DNA of 64,000 nucleotides from the human T2T-CHM13v2.0 reference genome, Homo sapiens (GCF_009914755.1 NC_060938.1), one strand, 5' to 3'; positions 41,466-55,274 are shown, numbered from the stretch's first letter. Numbers and translations: made by a program. Notes: generated by a model not told the origin, from the letters alone.

Positions 41466-44400
41466 CCCACTTTGCTCACCTTGGACACCTTCTGTAAGCC
41501 CATTTAATGCCTCTCTACCCCTACGTGCTTCTCTCCCTTATATTTCATTCTGCATTTATTGCTGCATTTCACCCCTGAGGTGCTAGTATAGAACTTCTCC
41601 AGGTCTTTATTCTGACTTTTCTGGCCTTGCTGTCTTTATTGGCCTAGGTCAACGTGCCTGCTGGTGTGCCCAGTCTCCAGAACCTGCTGTGGAGCAAGCA
41701 GCCCCCTACGGGCACTCCAACCCCAAAAAGGCCTTCTCTCTCTCAGGTTCCAGCAGCCCAAATAGTGAAGAGGCCCTGTCTCAGGGTTTGGTAAAGCACT
41801 GGAGAGCACATTTATATGTACAAAGTGAGTTTGCTTTCCCACACATCTTCTCAGCATTTACCTAAAGATGAACAACGGGGATTCTCTTTTACCTACTATA
41901 TTAAATTGCAAAATTCTATCTGGTAAACTCTCTGTAGAGAGCACATTCAATTTAGTTACAAAGCAGAGGTTATAATATGTAGCAGAACTAACTGAAGAGC
42001 AAAAGTCCCAATGCCAGGGAAGAAAACAGGAAATTTCATATATCATCTATCCTAGGAGATTTTCCCACAGTGTAGAGTTACCTTGCAGTCAATAGACAGT
42101 AAAAAGAATAAATTATTTTTTAAAAAAACTTGAGAAACTTATTTGTATCTCCTGTGCCACTAAGGTGAGTTAAAAATGCTATTTCAAGCTTTCTAAAATT
42201 TGTTTTAATGGAGTATATGGTTACTAACATACATTTTTATTTTGCATTTTCACATGAGTACTGATGGTCTAGTTTTATTTCTATTTTAAAGACATGGTCT
42301 TGCCTTTGTATTTGTGTTTTAAATTACAACCTAAAGAAAAAAATGAAATATTTAGCAGCATTAAAAGAAACCACTTTCTTCAACACATACAAACTCAGAA
42401 AGTATTGTTCTTGTTTTTAACCTCAAAGACATATTTTGGCAGAGAGACCCCATCACCAAATAGACATATCGATGGCCTTCCCTGGTCCAAGAACATGTGT
42501 GAGGAAGATTTTTGCTTTCTCCCCAATAATTTCTATATTAGAATGAATTTTAGCCAACTGATTTCCATTCCTCAGACCATCTCCCAACTCAAATAATCCT
42601 TCCAGGAGCAGATTTTTAGAAGTGAAAATGCCCAAAGGAAATCCCCCCCCAAAAAAAATGAGATAGCCAAGAGAATACTTGATGCAGAGCAATAAATCCC
42701 TACACTCTAAACTGCAAACAGAATGCCTTCAAAAAAGCCATCAGCAGCTGGAGCCTTCATATTTAGAATAATGTTTATAAATGATTTTATCTAATTCTAA
42801 TTATCATGCATTCACAGCAATCTGTTAGCTTTTAGCCAGGTTAGACATCCTCACAAGCTGGAGAGGACCCTCAAATCACCAGAGAACCCAAAATAAAGGG
42901 CAAGTTAGAAAAATCCCTGCCATGCATTCCTCCCCTGCTGATCTCCAACATATTGTGGGGAGAAGCAGCTGCCTGGAGCAGAAGCTGCTGTCAGAGGGGG
43001 CTCCTCCTGCAGTGCCCATAGCAGCCACACTCAGGAGCTTCACTGAGCACTGTTCAGGGACCGTTTCAACCACAAGGCTCTTGCATCAGCTCTGCCTTCA
43101 CTGAGACTCTGCCCCATTCTGTCATCAGTTCCCTGCTGACCACTCCCAAGAGGGCATGTGACTGCTGGAGAAAGACTTTTCAGAATCAAAAAAGGCAGAT
43201 GGGCAATCCAAAGAACATTTCTCATTTAAGAACAAAGCAACAACAAACTTTATTGTTCTACTACCAACCAAAGACCTGCATATTATTGTCAAAGTTTCAT
43301 CCTGCCTTTGTGATTCTCCATTTTCCTTCAGCTCTATAGTCTTTGAAGTCCACTTCGAAAAAAGCCTAACACAAGTATTGTCTGGATGCTCCATGAGAGT
43401 TTGAATCTGCCTACATTTCCCCATTCTCAATCGAACAAAATCCCTTCTAACACTGATAAAATGGGGCCATTCTTGGCATGGTGTGATACTCAAGGAAGAC
43501 ACAAGTCAAACAAATAAAGAGCATTAAGAAACAATTTAAGCATTGACTGAAGTCTTGAAGAGTGGAAAGCATAGTTTACATTTTCATGACACACATAGCA
43601 AAATTTCCTAAATATCCTCTCTGCTCATCTATTTCCCCCAAATCTTCCCAGCAGCTGCTCAACAATCTCTACCCCAGAAACTTACTTTTCCAGATTTGGT
43701 TTGTCTGCCTTTTTAAATGTGGATAAATCTAGTCTTTCTCAGCTACTCCCAATTCTGCAGCTTTAGACATCTACTCTGATCATCCAAAAAGAACCATGGC
43801 CAGACAATTGGCTGGACACCAAGTAACTCATTTCCCCCACAACCCCACCCCATCTCTGTTAAAAAGCAGAGGGATGGGAGGTTTGAATATTTATGCATCA
43901 CTAGTGTTGTCCTTGTTACAAGCAGATGAGAAACCCAACTAATTTGAACCAGTCCTGATTTCTTTCAATGTCTTCCCTCCCTCCTTGTCTCCTTCCCTCT
44001 CCCTTCCTTCCTTCTTTTATTTTTTTTTCTTTCCCTCCCCAAACTCATAAATCATCAAATATTACTGCTGGAATATTCCTTACAAATCTTCTGGTGCAAC
44101 TCCTCCTGAGACCCAAGGCAGCATTGTGTCCAAGGTCTCCAGCCATTCATCTCCGGCTAAGCAGTGACTGGAGACCTGGCTTGTGTCTCCAGATCCTGTG
44201 CTTGTTCCATTCTCATTCCATTACACCTTATTACCCTAAAGAAAAAAAAATGGCAACAAAACAGGTTTGTGTCAAGAATTATTTGTAATCTGTGTTCTCA
44301 GGGATAACCTGGGATTTGTACACATTCTGCTGTTTACGTATACCTTCTACAACTATATTACTACATAATGAAAATGAAGTTCAGAATGACAGTCCTCAGG

Positions 44401-45986
44401 TACTATAAATTTTCCAGGACAAAAAGAAAGGATTCATTTGTGCTTCCTATAATGCCCTTGTTTTTAAAAAGGGTCTCAACATTAATTGAAAGAAACAGTT
44501 TCCCGCATAAATTTCTGTAAACTAGAAAAGGCAATTAATCACATATCCTTTCCATGAGTATCTTGATTCCTTGAGGGCTTATGAGGTAATGATGCTATAA
44601 TCACTTTATAGAGGACACCTCACTTGAATTGGTTTCCAAGTATTCAATATCTTGCAATATTAGGACCTCCAATAAAAGGAGACTGAAACTAACCACAGTC
44701 CTACCTCCCTCCACCTCTCTCTACACACTCAAGGAAGTGTCCACAAGGGCAGAAATAACATATCCTTTATCCAAGAAACCTTAATTATCCACCACCTCCA
44801 GTGTCCAGTTCAGCCCACTTCAGAATCTATCTAGTAATGGAGTAAGTGGCCATTTTGAAATCAAAGCATGATCTTCAGACATTGAATTCTGAAAAAAAAA
44901 TTCAAGAGAATTAAGGTTTCTTGGATAAGAATATGTGAATTATTTTTGGAAAAAGAAAACAAGGAATGGAGCAAAGAATCTGAAAGGGCAGAAAGGGGAA
45001 AAGAAATATCTGTGAATTGGTAAAAATTGATTATTGATTGTTAAGTGCAATTGTTACTTCAGGGCAACATTCAGAGTTTCCTGGCATGTGACAGGCATTT
45101 TGTCCCCCATTTCTGAGTGACACGGTGCCATCAAGCCCACTGTGGCTGGAATCTCAGGCCATATTGGCAGCAGACAGCAGGGCACTCAGTCCTGAAAATA
45201 TAAAAGCTCAAGGCTTGAAGACTATTCAGTTAGTTCCAGTGAAAATCTTCTCTCCATTTCAGTCTACAACAAGGAAGGGCTGGGTCATGCTCACCCACTC
45301 AGAACATGGGAAGTGCCACTCTCCCTCTTTATGAGCTGGAATTTCTTCATCTCTAAAGCAGAAATATAATGATAATACCTACCATATAGGCTTGCTGTGA
45401 GGATTAAATATTAAATGTGGCCACTAGTAAGTGCTGTAAAAGTGTTAGCAATTATTTGTTATTATCTGCCCTCAATTATCAATATAGCTGTTCTGTGCTG
45501 CCCCAAACAGAGCTTTCATCCCTAAGCTTGTGAAGTGCCTAAAGAAAGTTTGAGACAAATAAAGTCTTAGTCTCTCTCTCTCTCTCCCTTCTTCCCTTTT
45601 CTTCTTTTATTTCTCTTCTTCTTAATAGATTTAGGTGAAATGACTTCCCATTTCTTCAATGCTTCAATTCATTTAAAATGTCATCCACACATAGGAACTG
45701 TCCTGTCTACCCTTTCAGTGTCAACATCCTGGGCAAGATCTAATGCTTAGAAGGAACCAGGGCACCACTGTCCTTACAGGTCATGTTGAAATCCAATGCA
45801 ATGAAGATCAAAGCAAGAAAGCCAAGGTTTGAGAACGTGGCTTATGTGGTCAGTGAGATGCCACCAAATCAAGAGTACAGGCATATTCCAAGTTCCTAAG
45901 ATCAATTGCCTGAGATCCACAAAAGGCTGAGGAAGGCAGGATCCAATCAGGCATGAAAGTTGTCAAAGTGAAAATAGAGTCGCTAA

Positions 45987-46440
45987 TGTAAAAAGCACAA
46001 AAAAGCCCTGACAAACACAGCCAGGGAAGACCCTGAAGAGAGGGCCCTCATGAAGAAAGGGTTTTGTTGTTATACATTATAACAACAGAAGACCCTACCC
46101 TATGAAAAGTATAACCTTATGCAAAGGTCATTGCAGCCGTACACAACAATACTCCTATGAGAACATCTGCCCAGCAACTGCCTGTGCAGTCTCAGACTAG
46201 AGTGACCTTTATTATTGCTCTCTGTAGCCAAGATCATTATTTCAAAACAGTTATATAATCCTCCTTATTTTTCCATCCAAACACTTATCTTTTACCTCCC
46301 GGAAAACACATAGTTTACTGACATGTAAGCTATGTCATTACATAGTTTACATATAACTATGTAACCATTACAGCACTCTATTGTCAAATAAGCATGTTTT
46401 CTTTTACAGAACCTCTCTCTGTTTGTTATTTAGGATGACA
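45987..46440 (+). mobile_element. LTR37-type ERV1 LTR
   Basis: ACATCTGCCCAGCAACTGCCTGT...TGTAGCCAAGA...CTCTCTCTGTTTGTTATTTAGGATGACA; 5' boundary approximate. Confidence 0.7.
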
Positions 46441-47056
46441 CAGACCAGACAAAGTTTAATATGCCAAACTACCAGGAAGGACTGAAAGAGCTCCCTCCAA
46501 TTGTCCTAGGATAATGCTGCAGCCTATAGTTCATGAGTATGTGCCATCAACGGAAAGTACCAAGTCCTCCTAAGGCAGCTCCCATGGCTGGCTCTCAGCC
46601 ACTAAAGTTTGGATTTATAATGTCATGTTAAATTCTAAGAAATTATGAGGTATCTTCAACTTTTTCATGAGGGGGATTGAAATCTGGTCACTCTGTATAA
46701 AAACAAACAAACACAAAACAACAGTAGATACTGCTCAGGTGTTCATGGTCCCGGCCCCCTGAGATCTGAGGCAGTCAGGCCCACAGCTAAAGGAGAATAT
46801 TAGAAGTTGTTTAAGAGGGACATGTGCTGGTCAAGAGGATTTGCCTTGGAGTCAGACAGTCCAGGGTTGGAGTCATGGCATCTCCATTTACTGACAATGT
46901 AGCCTCTGATAAATTTATTATATAAAATGGAACAATAAGGTAAATATCACATTAATACTGTTGAGTATGTGAAATAAAATATTTTATGTGAAAGTGCTTA
47001 GTAGCATGCCTGGCTGAGTCAGTGGTCCACACACAAATACTGTTACTGCCACTTGA

Positions 47057-47251
47057 AACCAGGCACCATTTGGAAGCAGAGAGAAGCCCTCACCAGATAA
47101 TTTAACTTGCTGGCACATTAATCTTGGACTTCCCAGTCTCAGAACTGTGAAAAACAAATTTTCTTCTTTATAAATACTGAGTCTCAGGTATTCTGTTACA
47201 GCAGCACAAAACAAAGTCCCTGGACTGAAATAAATTTGGGATGCAAATTTA
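47057..47251 (+). repeat. Dispersed duplicate of 50707-50906 (MSTD 3' end plus flank)
   Basis: Both copies continue past the LTR into ...TGAAATA(A/C)ATTTGGGATGCA(A/G)ATTTA. Confidence 0.8.
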
Positions 47252-47796
47252 TTTTAAGAAAGGCACTGAGTTGGGCACATGGATTATATGAAAAGGGTTA
47301 AGAGAGCTTTCAACCTATAGTATATCATTATCCAGCTGGATTATCTCTTACTATCTTCTCTTCTCTTTGATTTTTCTCGCTCCTTTCTCTTCTCTATCTC
47401 TTTTTCTCTCTCTCTCTGTCTCTAAACACACACAAATACTACATATGCACATGCATGTATACACACACACACACACATATGCATGTATGTTGAAAAACAG
47501 AAGGTAAATAACATTTCAAACTGACAGAGAGGCAGACAGAAAAAAACCCTGGATAAAAAAGACAGTCTCATAAGTGGAGGTTTGTAAATTTTCCTCCAAA
47601 AAGCAGAATAAATAATTCATTAAAAAGGGTAAGAAAATAGTAAGATTTTTCTGGCCATGTATGGCCAGTCTCTACTCCCAGCTTTTCCTCATGTCAGCAA
47701 CAGGGAGTCAAATAAGAGAACTGGGGAGAAACTTATCAAATATTGCTCCCCACCTCTGTGCTTGTTCCCCAAGGAAATCTTAGAATGCTACCCATG

Positions 47797-50080
47797 TGTA
47801 TTAGTCCATCTTCATGCTTCTGATAAAGACATATCCAAGACTGGGCAATTTATAAGAGAAAGAAGTTTAATGGACTTACAGTTCCACGTGGCTGGAGAAG
47901 CCTTACAATCATGGCAGAAGGCAAGGAGGAGCAAGTCACATCTTATATGGATGGCAGCAGGCAAAGAAAGAGGTTGTTCAGTGAAACTCCACATTATAAA
48001 GCCATCAGATCTTGTGAGACTTATTCACTATCACAAGAACAGCATCGGAAAGACCTGCCCCCATGATTCAGTCACTTCCAGCCAGGTCCCTTCCACAATA
48101 CATGGGAATTCAAGATGAGATTTGAGTAGGGACACAGCAAAACCATATCATTACACTTCTGGCCCCTTCCAAATCTCATGTCTTCACATTTCAAAACCAA
48201 TCACGCCTTCCCAACAGCCTTCCAAAGTCTTAACTCATTTTAGCATTAACTCAAAAGTCCACAGTCCAAAGCCTCACTTGTGACAAGGCATGTCCCTTCT
48301 GCCTATGAGCCTGTAAAATCAAAAGCAAGTTAGTTACTTCCTAGATACAATGGGGGTACAGACATTGGGTAAATACAGCCATTCCAAATTAGAGACATTG
48401 GCCAAAAGAAAGGTGCTACAGGCTGGCCCCATGCAACTCCAAAATCCAGTGGGGACGGCAAATCTTAAAGCTCCAAAATTATCTCCTTTAACTCCATGTC
48501 TCACATACAGGTCACACTGATGCAAGAAGTGGATTCCATGGTCTTGAGTAGCTCCATCCTTATGACTCTGCAGGGTACTGCTTCCTCCCAGCTGATTTTG
48601 TGGGCTGGTGTTGAGTGTCTGTGGCTTTTCCAGGTGCACAGTGCAGGCTGTCAGTGTATCTATCATTCTGGGGTCTGGAAGTTGGTGGCTGTCTTCTCAC
48701 AGCTCCACTAGGCAGTGCCCCAGTAGGGACTCTGTGTGGGGGCTCTGACCCCACATTTCTCTTAGGTACTGCCCTAGCAGAGGTTCTCTATGAGGGCCCC
48801 ACCCCTGCAGCAAACTTCTGCCTGGACATCTAGGCTTTTCCATACATCCTGTGAAATCTAGGTGGAGGTGCCCAAACCCCAATTCTTGACTTCTGCTTAC
48901 TGGCAGGCTCAACACCACATGGAACCTGCCAAGGCTTGAGGCTTGTACCCTCTAAAGCAACAGACTGAGCTGTACCCTGGACCCTTTTAGTCACGGCTGG
49001 AGCAGGTGACATGCAGGGCACCAAATTCCTAGACTGCACACAACAAAGGGACTCTGGGCTCAGCCCACAAAACCATTTTTTCCTCCTAAATCTCCATGTT
49101 TGTGTTAGAAGGGGCTGCCGCAAATGTCTCTGACATACCCTGGAGACATTTTCCCTATTGTCTGGGTGATTAACATTCAGCTCCTCATGACTTACGCAAA
49201 TTTCTGCAGCCGGCCTGAATTTCTCCTCAGAAAATGGAATTTTATTTTCTATCACATTGTCAGGCTGCAAATTTTCCAAACTTTTATGCTGTTTCCCATT
49301 TAAAACTGAATGCCTTTAACAGCACCCAAGTCACCTCTTCAATGCTTTGCTGCTTAGAAATTTCTTCCGCCAGATACTCTAAATCATCTCTCTCAAGTTC
49401 AAAGTTCCACAAATCTCTACAGCAGGGGCAAAATGTTGCCAGTTTCTTTGCTAAAACATAACAAGAGTCACTTTTGCTCCAGTTCCCAAAAAGTTCCTCA
49501 TCTCCATGAGACCACCTCAGCCTGGACCTTATTGTCCATATCACTATCAGCATTTTGGTCAAAGCCATTCAACAAGTCTCTAGGGAGTTCCAAATTTTCC
49601 CACACTTTCCTGTCTTCTTTTGAGCAATCCAAACTGTTCCAACCTCTACCTGTTGCCCAGTTCCAAAGTTGCTTCCACATTTTCAGGTATCTTTTCATCA
49701 GTGTCCCACTCTACTGGTACCAATTTACTGTATTAGTCCCTTTTCTCACTGCTGATAAAGATACTTGAGACTAGGCAATTTACAAAAGAAAGAAGTTTAA
49801 TAGACTTACAGTTCCATATAGCTGGGGAAGCCTCACAATCATGGTGGAAGGCAAGGAGGAGCAAGTCACGTCTTACATGGATGGCAGCAGGCAAAGAGAA
49901 AGGTTGTGCAGCGAAACTCTGCCTTATAAAGCCATCAGGTCTCATGAGACTTATTCACTATCATGAGAACAGCACGGGAAAGACCTGTTCCCATGATTCA
50001 GTTATCTCCCACCAGGTCCCTCCCACAACACATGGGAATTCAAGATGAGATTTGAGTGGGGCCACAGCCAAACCCTATCA
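47797..50080 (-). mobile_element. Full-length THE1B provirus (3'LTR 47797-48150, internal 48151-49728, 5'LTR 49729-50080)
   Basis: Two ~353-bp LTRs (GCAAGGAGGAGCAAGTCAC, GATGGCAGCAGGCAAAG), MaLR internal region, perfect 5-bp TSD CCATG at 47792-47796 and 50081-50085. Confidence 0.95.
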
Positions 50081-50519
50081 CCATGAAAACAAAGAAGGGA
50101 ACCAGATGAATCTTTGTGCAGACTGAAGGATCAAAACGAAGACTTGGATAGAATTGTCAACACTCAAGAGATTGATAATAGTTTTTAAATGGGAGAGAGG
50201 AGACATATGCAAAAGTAGTCTGCAATGACAACACCAAATAGAAAGAAAGAAAAACAGCCTATAAATAAAGAAGACAATTGTGTTAAAAATTATCTCAGGA
50301 AAGAAAAGTAATATTTCAACAATGTTTCATATTCTCAAGGAAATTGCAGATAACATGTATATCCCATATTTCATATTAAAGAGGAAATAACAAAACAGTT
50401 TTCATTATAAAGGGAAATGGAATTAAAACAATTGCAGCAGCAAAATGCTGAATAAGCACTGCAGAAAAAAAATGATACTGGATTTGTAAAACATTATCTA
50501 TAATAAAAAATTGGAAAAA

Positions 50520-50872
50520 TGTCAGGTGTTGAAACTTAGTGGCCAATGTGATAGGATTGACAGGCAAGGCCTTTATGAAATGAGTAGACCATGAAGGGTC
50601 CTCCTTTAAGAATGGGATTAGGCCCTTATTAAAAAGGCTTCATGCAGCTTTTGGCCCTGTCATTCCATGGGAGGACACAACGTTCCTCCACTCCAGGGGA
50701 TGCAGCAACCAGGCACCATCTTGGAAGCAGAGTGCAGCCCTCACAAGACAACTGAATTTGCTGGCACCTTGATCTTGGACTTGCCAGCCTCAGAACTGTG
50801 AGAGATACATTCTGTTCATTATAAATACCTAGTCTTAGGTATTCTGTTACAGCAGCACAAATTTAACTAAGT
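50520..50872 (+). mobile_element. MSTD-like LTR within old L1 sequence
   Basis: GTTGAAACTTA...GGATGCAGCAACCAGGCACCATCTTGGAAGCAGAG...GGTATTCTGTTACAGCAGCACAAA. Confidence 0.8.
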
Positions 50873-53291
50873 TCCTGAATTGAAATACATTTGGGATGCA
50901 GATTTAAAAGAATCAACATTCACCACTTAACATCTATAAACATTGAGGATTGTATGTTTATTCTTGAATAAGTTATTGAATTTGAAAACCAGCCCCAGAG
51001 TTCTTCAAACAAATGTAGATGCCAAAAAACAATGGAGAAAGTCTACTAAATTCTTTTTTTTAATAGAGAAAAGAGGTTTTATTGGCTTATGCTTCCACAG
51101 GCTGTACAGGAAGCATGATTATTGTGCTGGCATGTATAATCCAAGAATTTTCCCCAACTTAGTTTTCACTCTTTATGACAAAAACACAGAGAAATTCTCA
51201 AATATGCAGGGATTCAGGAAGCATATTAATATCTACTATTCTTTAAAATATCACAAGGACATAACCCTGCTAATCAAGGTAAAAATCAAAATAAATCACA
51301 AAAGGCGAATCTTTCTATGAAGGAATTAGGAAGACCTTAGAACTATCTCAGTAGATAATTTAGTCTAGGTGGCTATTTTGGCTATGTTTATAAAACTGAA
51401 TGTGAATATTTTAATTCTTGAACAAAAAAAATTTTATTACAGTCTTACAGTATTATGTTATAGTTTATTATAGTATTTCATTTTATTATAGTATTATAGT
51501 TTATAATAGTTTCATTATACTTCATGTAACTATTTATTATTTTAATTATAATGAAGTGTAATGAAATCTCTTGAGTCTACCAATACAAGACAGAAAGTAG
51601 AAAGGGGTTGTAGGTATTCTGTGAGTCACAGAAAGTGAACTAGTTTCCTCATCTCTCATGGGAGTAATCAATACTCACCAAATCAGTTTTAATTTCAAAA
51701 ACTGATAAATATTATGCATTTTAGCTAAATACTCAAATCAATTACAAGAAGAACAAAAAATCTGACTATGTATTCCAAATTACTGGAGGGAAATAAACTA
51801 CTAAAAAATAAAATCAAGTTCAATGTTAAAAATAATACAATCATTAAGGAAGAAAATGTGTGGTGTTGTCTTGGGATTTTCCTGGTTAAAGATGATTGGG
51901 GTTCAAGGAGGGGAGAGTGGAAAGCAACATCTCCACTACCTTGAAAGTCAGAAAACTATGTTTTAAGTAACAAATAAAGCAATAATAATATAAGCATAAT
52001 ATTAATGATATAGAAGTAAATACTAAAAACATGAAAAGGAGTATAAGGAGTTGGTTGCATGTGATAAGTAACAATGCAGGTAGGGTGCAGAGAGACCAGG
52101 AAACCGATTTTTATTGTTGTTTTTTCCTTTTTTAAAATAAGCTTTTTAGCACAATTTGTTTTTGTGAATATATTACTTGGATTTTTTCTTCCTTAAAGGG
52201 GAAAAATGAAAATATGCAGATAAATTCAAACTTGTAAAAGAAAGTATTGTAGTGGTCACATCTAACAAAATTGAATTAAATATAAGGAACACTAAACGAG
52301 ACAAAGAAAAATATGATTTTTAAAATGAACAAGAGGGAAAAAATGTTGAAGCCTTTGTCAGTCCTGTGAGCAAGAAAACAAGGGCAACCAGGCCTTCTAG
52401 AAGTTAGGACATATTACACTGCCTCTGTATTTCAGACAAGGTGATACTGGTACACGAATATACAAACAGATCAGTAGAACAAAATACAAAGTCTAGAAGT
52501 CAAGCCAAATACCAGTGAAAGCTTAATATAAGATAAAAATGTTATCTTAAATCATTGGAACAATGATAAACTTTTCAAATAAAGAGTTCTGGGACAACTA
52601 TAAAGTCACTTAGGAAAAGATCAATACCTCACACCATACACTAGAATGAACTCCAGATGGATCAGGAATCTAAATGCAAAGAAGGAAGAAGAGAAGGAAG
52701 CATACAGGTCTCAGAGAAAAACACAAGAGAATTCCCTTTTAACCTCAGTATACAGTAAGCTTTCTAACTTAGTATAGCAATAAAAGATTGATAAATGTGA
52801 TTGCATAAACTTTTAAAAATCTTTTTATAGAGGAAAAAATGTCAAATCAAAGTAAAAAGATAATTGACTCCCTGGAAGAAAGTATATGGAAAAAATACCA
52901 AAGAGAAACTTAAAAAAAAAAAAAAAAACTCTTAAAAATTGAAAAGTAAAGAACCAAAATCCCAATAGAAAAGTGGAGAAAAGGTATCAACAGACCATTC
53001 ACAAAAATTAAATAAAAATAGCCCTCAAATAATAAATAATGTTAAAGCTCACTCATAATTAGAGAAATGACAATTTTAATAAACAGTGAGATACCATTTC
53101 TCACCTATTAGACTGACAGAACAAAATGTATGAGAACACATTCTGTTGGTTATGTTTTTAGGAAATAGGCACACTCATACATTGCTGGTGGGAATGCAAA
53201 CTGGTATAAACCTCCGGGAGACTTCTGGCATTGTCTAATAAAACTACATAGAATTACATTTTAACTCAGCAATTTCACTTCTAGGAATTTA

Positions 53292-54271
53292 CAGTAGACC
53301 CCATTATACACAGGGAATATATTCCAACACTGCCTTTGGATGCCTGAAACCATGGATAGTACAAACCCTATCGATATTATGTTTTTACCTGAAAACACAT
53401 ATGTATGATAAAGTTTAATTTATAAATTAGGCACTGTAAGAGATTAACAGCAATAACTAATAACAAAATAGAATAATTGTAACAGAATACCCTTCATAAT
53501 TTCACAAAAGGAACACTTGTTCTTAGTGAAGATTTTAGCAACCTCAGCATATGATTTTTAAAATTTTCTTATAAAGTTGCAAACTTTCATCCTTTCTCTT
53601 GATGGAAGCACTTCCTGGCTTCTCTTTGGCAATTCTGAATTACCAACATCACTCGTCTTGCACTTTGAGGCCCCTTATTAAATATAAAGGTGACTTGAGG
53701 CCGGACGCAGTGGCTCATGCCTGTAATCCCAGCACTTTGGGAGGCCGAGGCAGGTAGATCACGAGGTCAGGAGATCGAGATCATCCTGGCCAACATGGTG
53801 AAACCCCGTCTCTACTAAAATACAAAAAATTAGCTGGGTGTGGTGGCACACACTGGGGAGGCTGAGGCAGGGGAATCACTTGAACCCGGGAAGCGGATGT
53901 TGCAGTGAGCTGAGAGCACACCACTGCGCTCCAGCCTGGGCGACAGAGTGAGACTCCATCTCAAAAAAAAAAAAAAAAGTGATTTGAACAGAAGCACTAC
54001 AGTACAGCGACAGTTGATCTGATCACTGAGACAGCTACTGTGTGACTCACAGGTGGTGGAATAAGCCATGTGGAGATGGCAGACAAAGGGGGGATTCACA
54101 TCCTGGGCAGGATGGAGTCGGACGATGCAAGACTTCATCATGCTTCTCGGAAGGGCACTGAGTTTAAAACTTATGAATTGTGTGTTTCTGGAATTTTCCA
54201 TTTAATATTTCTGGACCATGGTTGACCGCAGGTAGCTGAAATAGCGCAAAGTGAAACGAGAGACACTACTG
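53292..54271 (-). mobile_element. MER44 (Tigger7-derived) DNA transposon interrupted by an Alu
   Basis: Termini CAGTAG...CTACTG flanked by TA (53290-53291, 54272-54273); GGAATTTTCCATTTAATATT...GGTTGACCGC. Confidence 0.9.
53699..53974 (+). mobile_element. AluSc-like element in MER44
   Basis: GATCACGAGGTCAGGAGATCGAG; TSD AAAGGTGACTTGA/AAAAGTGATTTGA; short right-arm deletion. Confidence 0.95.
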
Positions 54272-54698
54272 TATAGAAAAGACCCAACAGCGAAATGTAA
54301 CGTGAGATACTAGGCTAAATCGCAGACCAGAAAAAGGGAACCATATTTGTGGGGAGATCAGTGAAATACAAATAAAGTCCATGGATTCATTAACACTATT
54401 GTAACCACATCAATATCCTGATGCTAGTGATTATACAATGGTTATGTCATTTGTCAGCATTAGAGAAGGCAGGTGAAGCATGTTTGGGAACTCTGTACTA
54501 TTTTTGTGACTTTCCTCTAAGTATAAATTTATCCCCCACTCCAAAAAAAAAAGGTCATACGGAATTCTAAAAATTGTGTCATGGAATAAAGCAAAAGTAG
54601 GTTTATTTTCAATTAAATAACAAAGGACTGTCTTTTATCATTACATGCAATGAAAATTAAATGTACAGGTGATGGGCTCCAGGGCAAGGAGGACAGAA

Positions 54699-54748
<50 letters not shown>
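54699..54748. repeat. (TC)n(AC)n compound microsatellite
   Basis: Direct reading. Confidence 0.95.
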
Positions 54749-54750
<2 letters not shown>

Positions 54751-54926
54751 CTGCTAAGAAACACAAAGCAATAAAACAGCCAACAGGTTGTTGACCTAAG
54801 CACTGAGTAAGCCTAAGCACAGGGACGGTATAACTAATATACTTTGGGTCCAGAAGAGACAGAATGACTTACATATAGAAATGGCTGGTATTATTTATCT
54901 TGATCTAAAGCAAATGAATTATGCTA

Positions 54927-55274
<348 letters not shown>

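Larger units (their letters stand above)
52440..54540 (+). mobile_element. Old L1 (L1MC/MD-like) ORF2 3' part and 3'UTR, interrupted by MER44
   Basis: CCTCACACCATACAC, GAGATACCATTTCTCACCTATTAGACTG, CATACATTGCTGGTGGGAATGCAAACTGGTA; 3' end GGGAACTCTGTACTATTTTTG. Confidence 0.8.
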
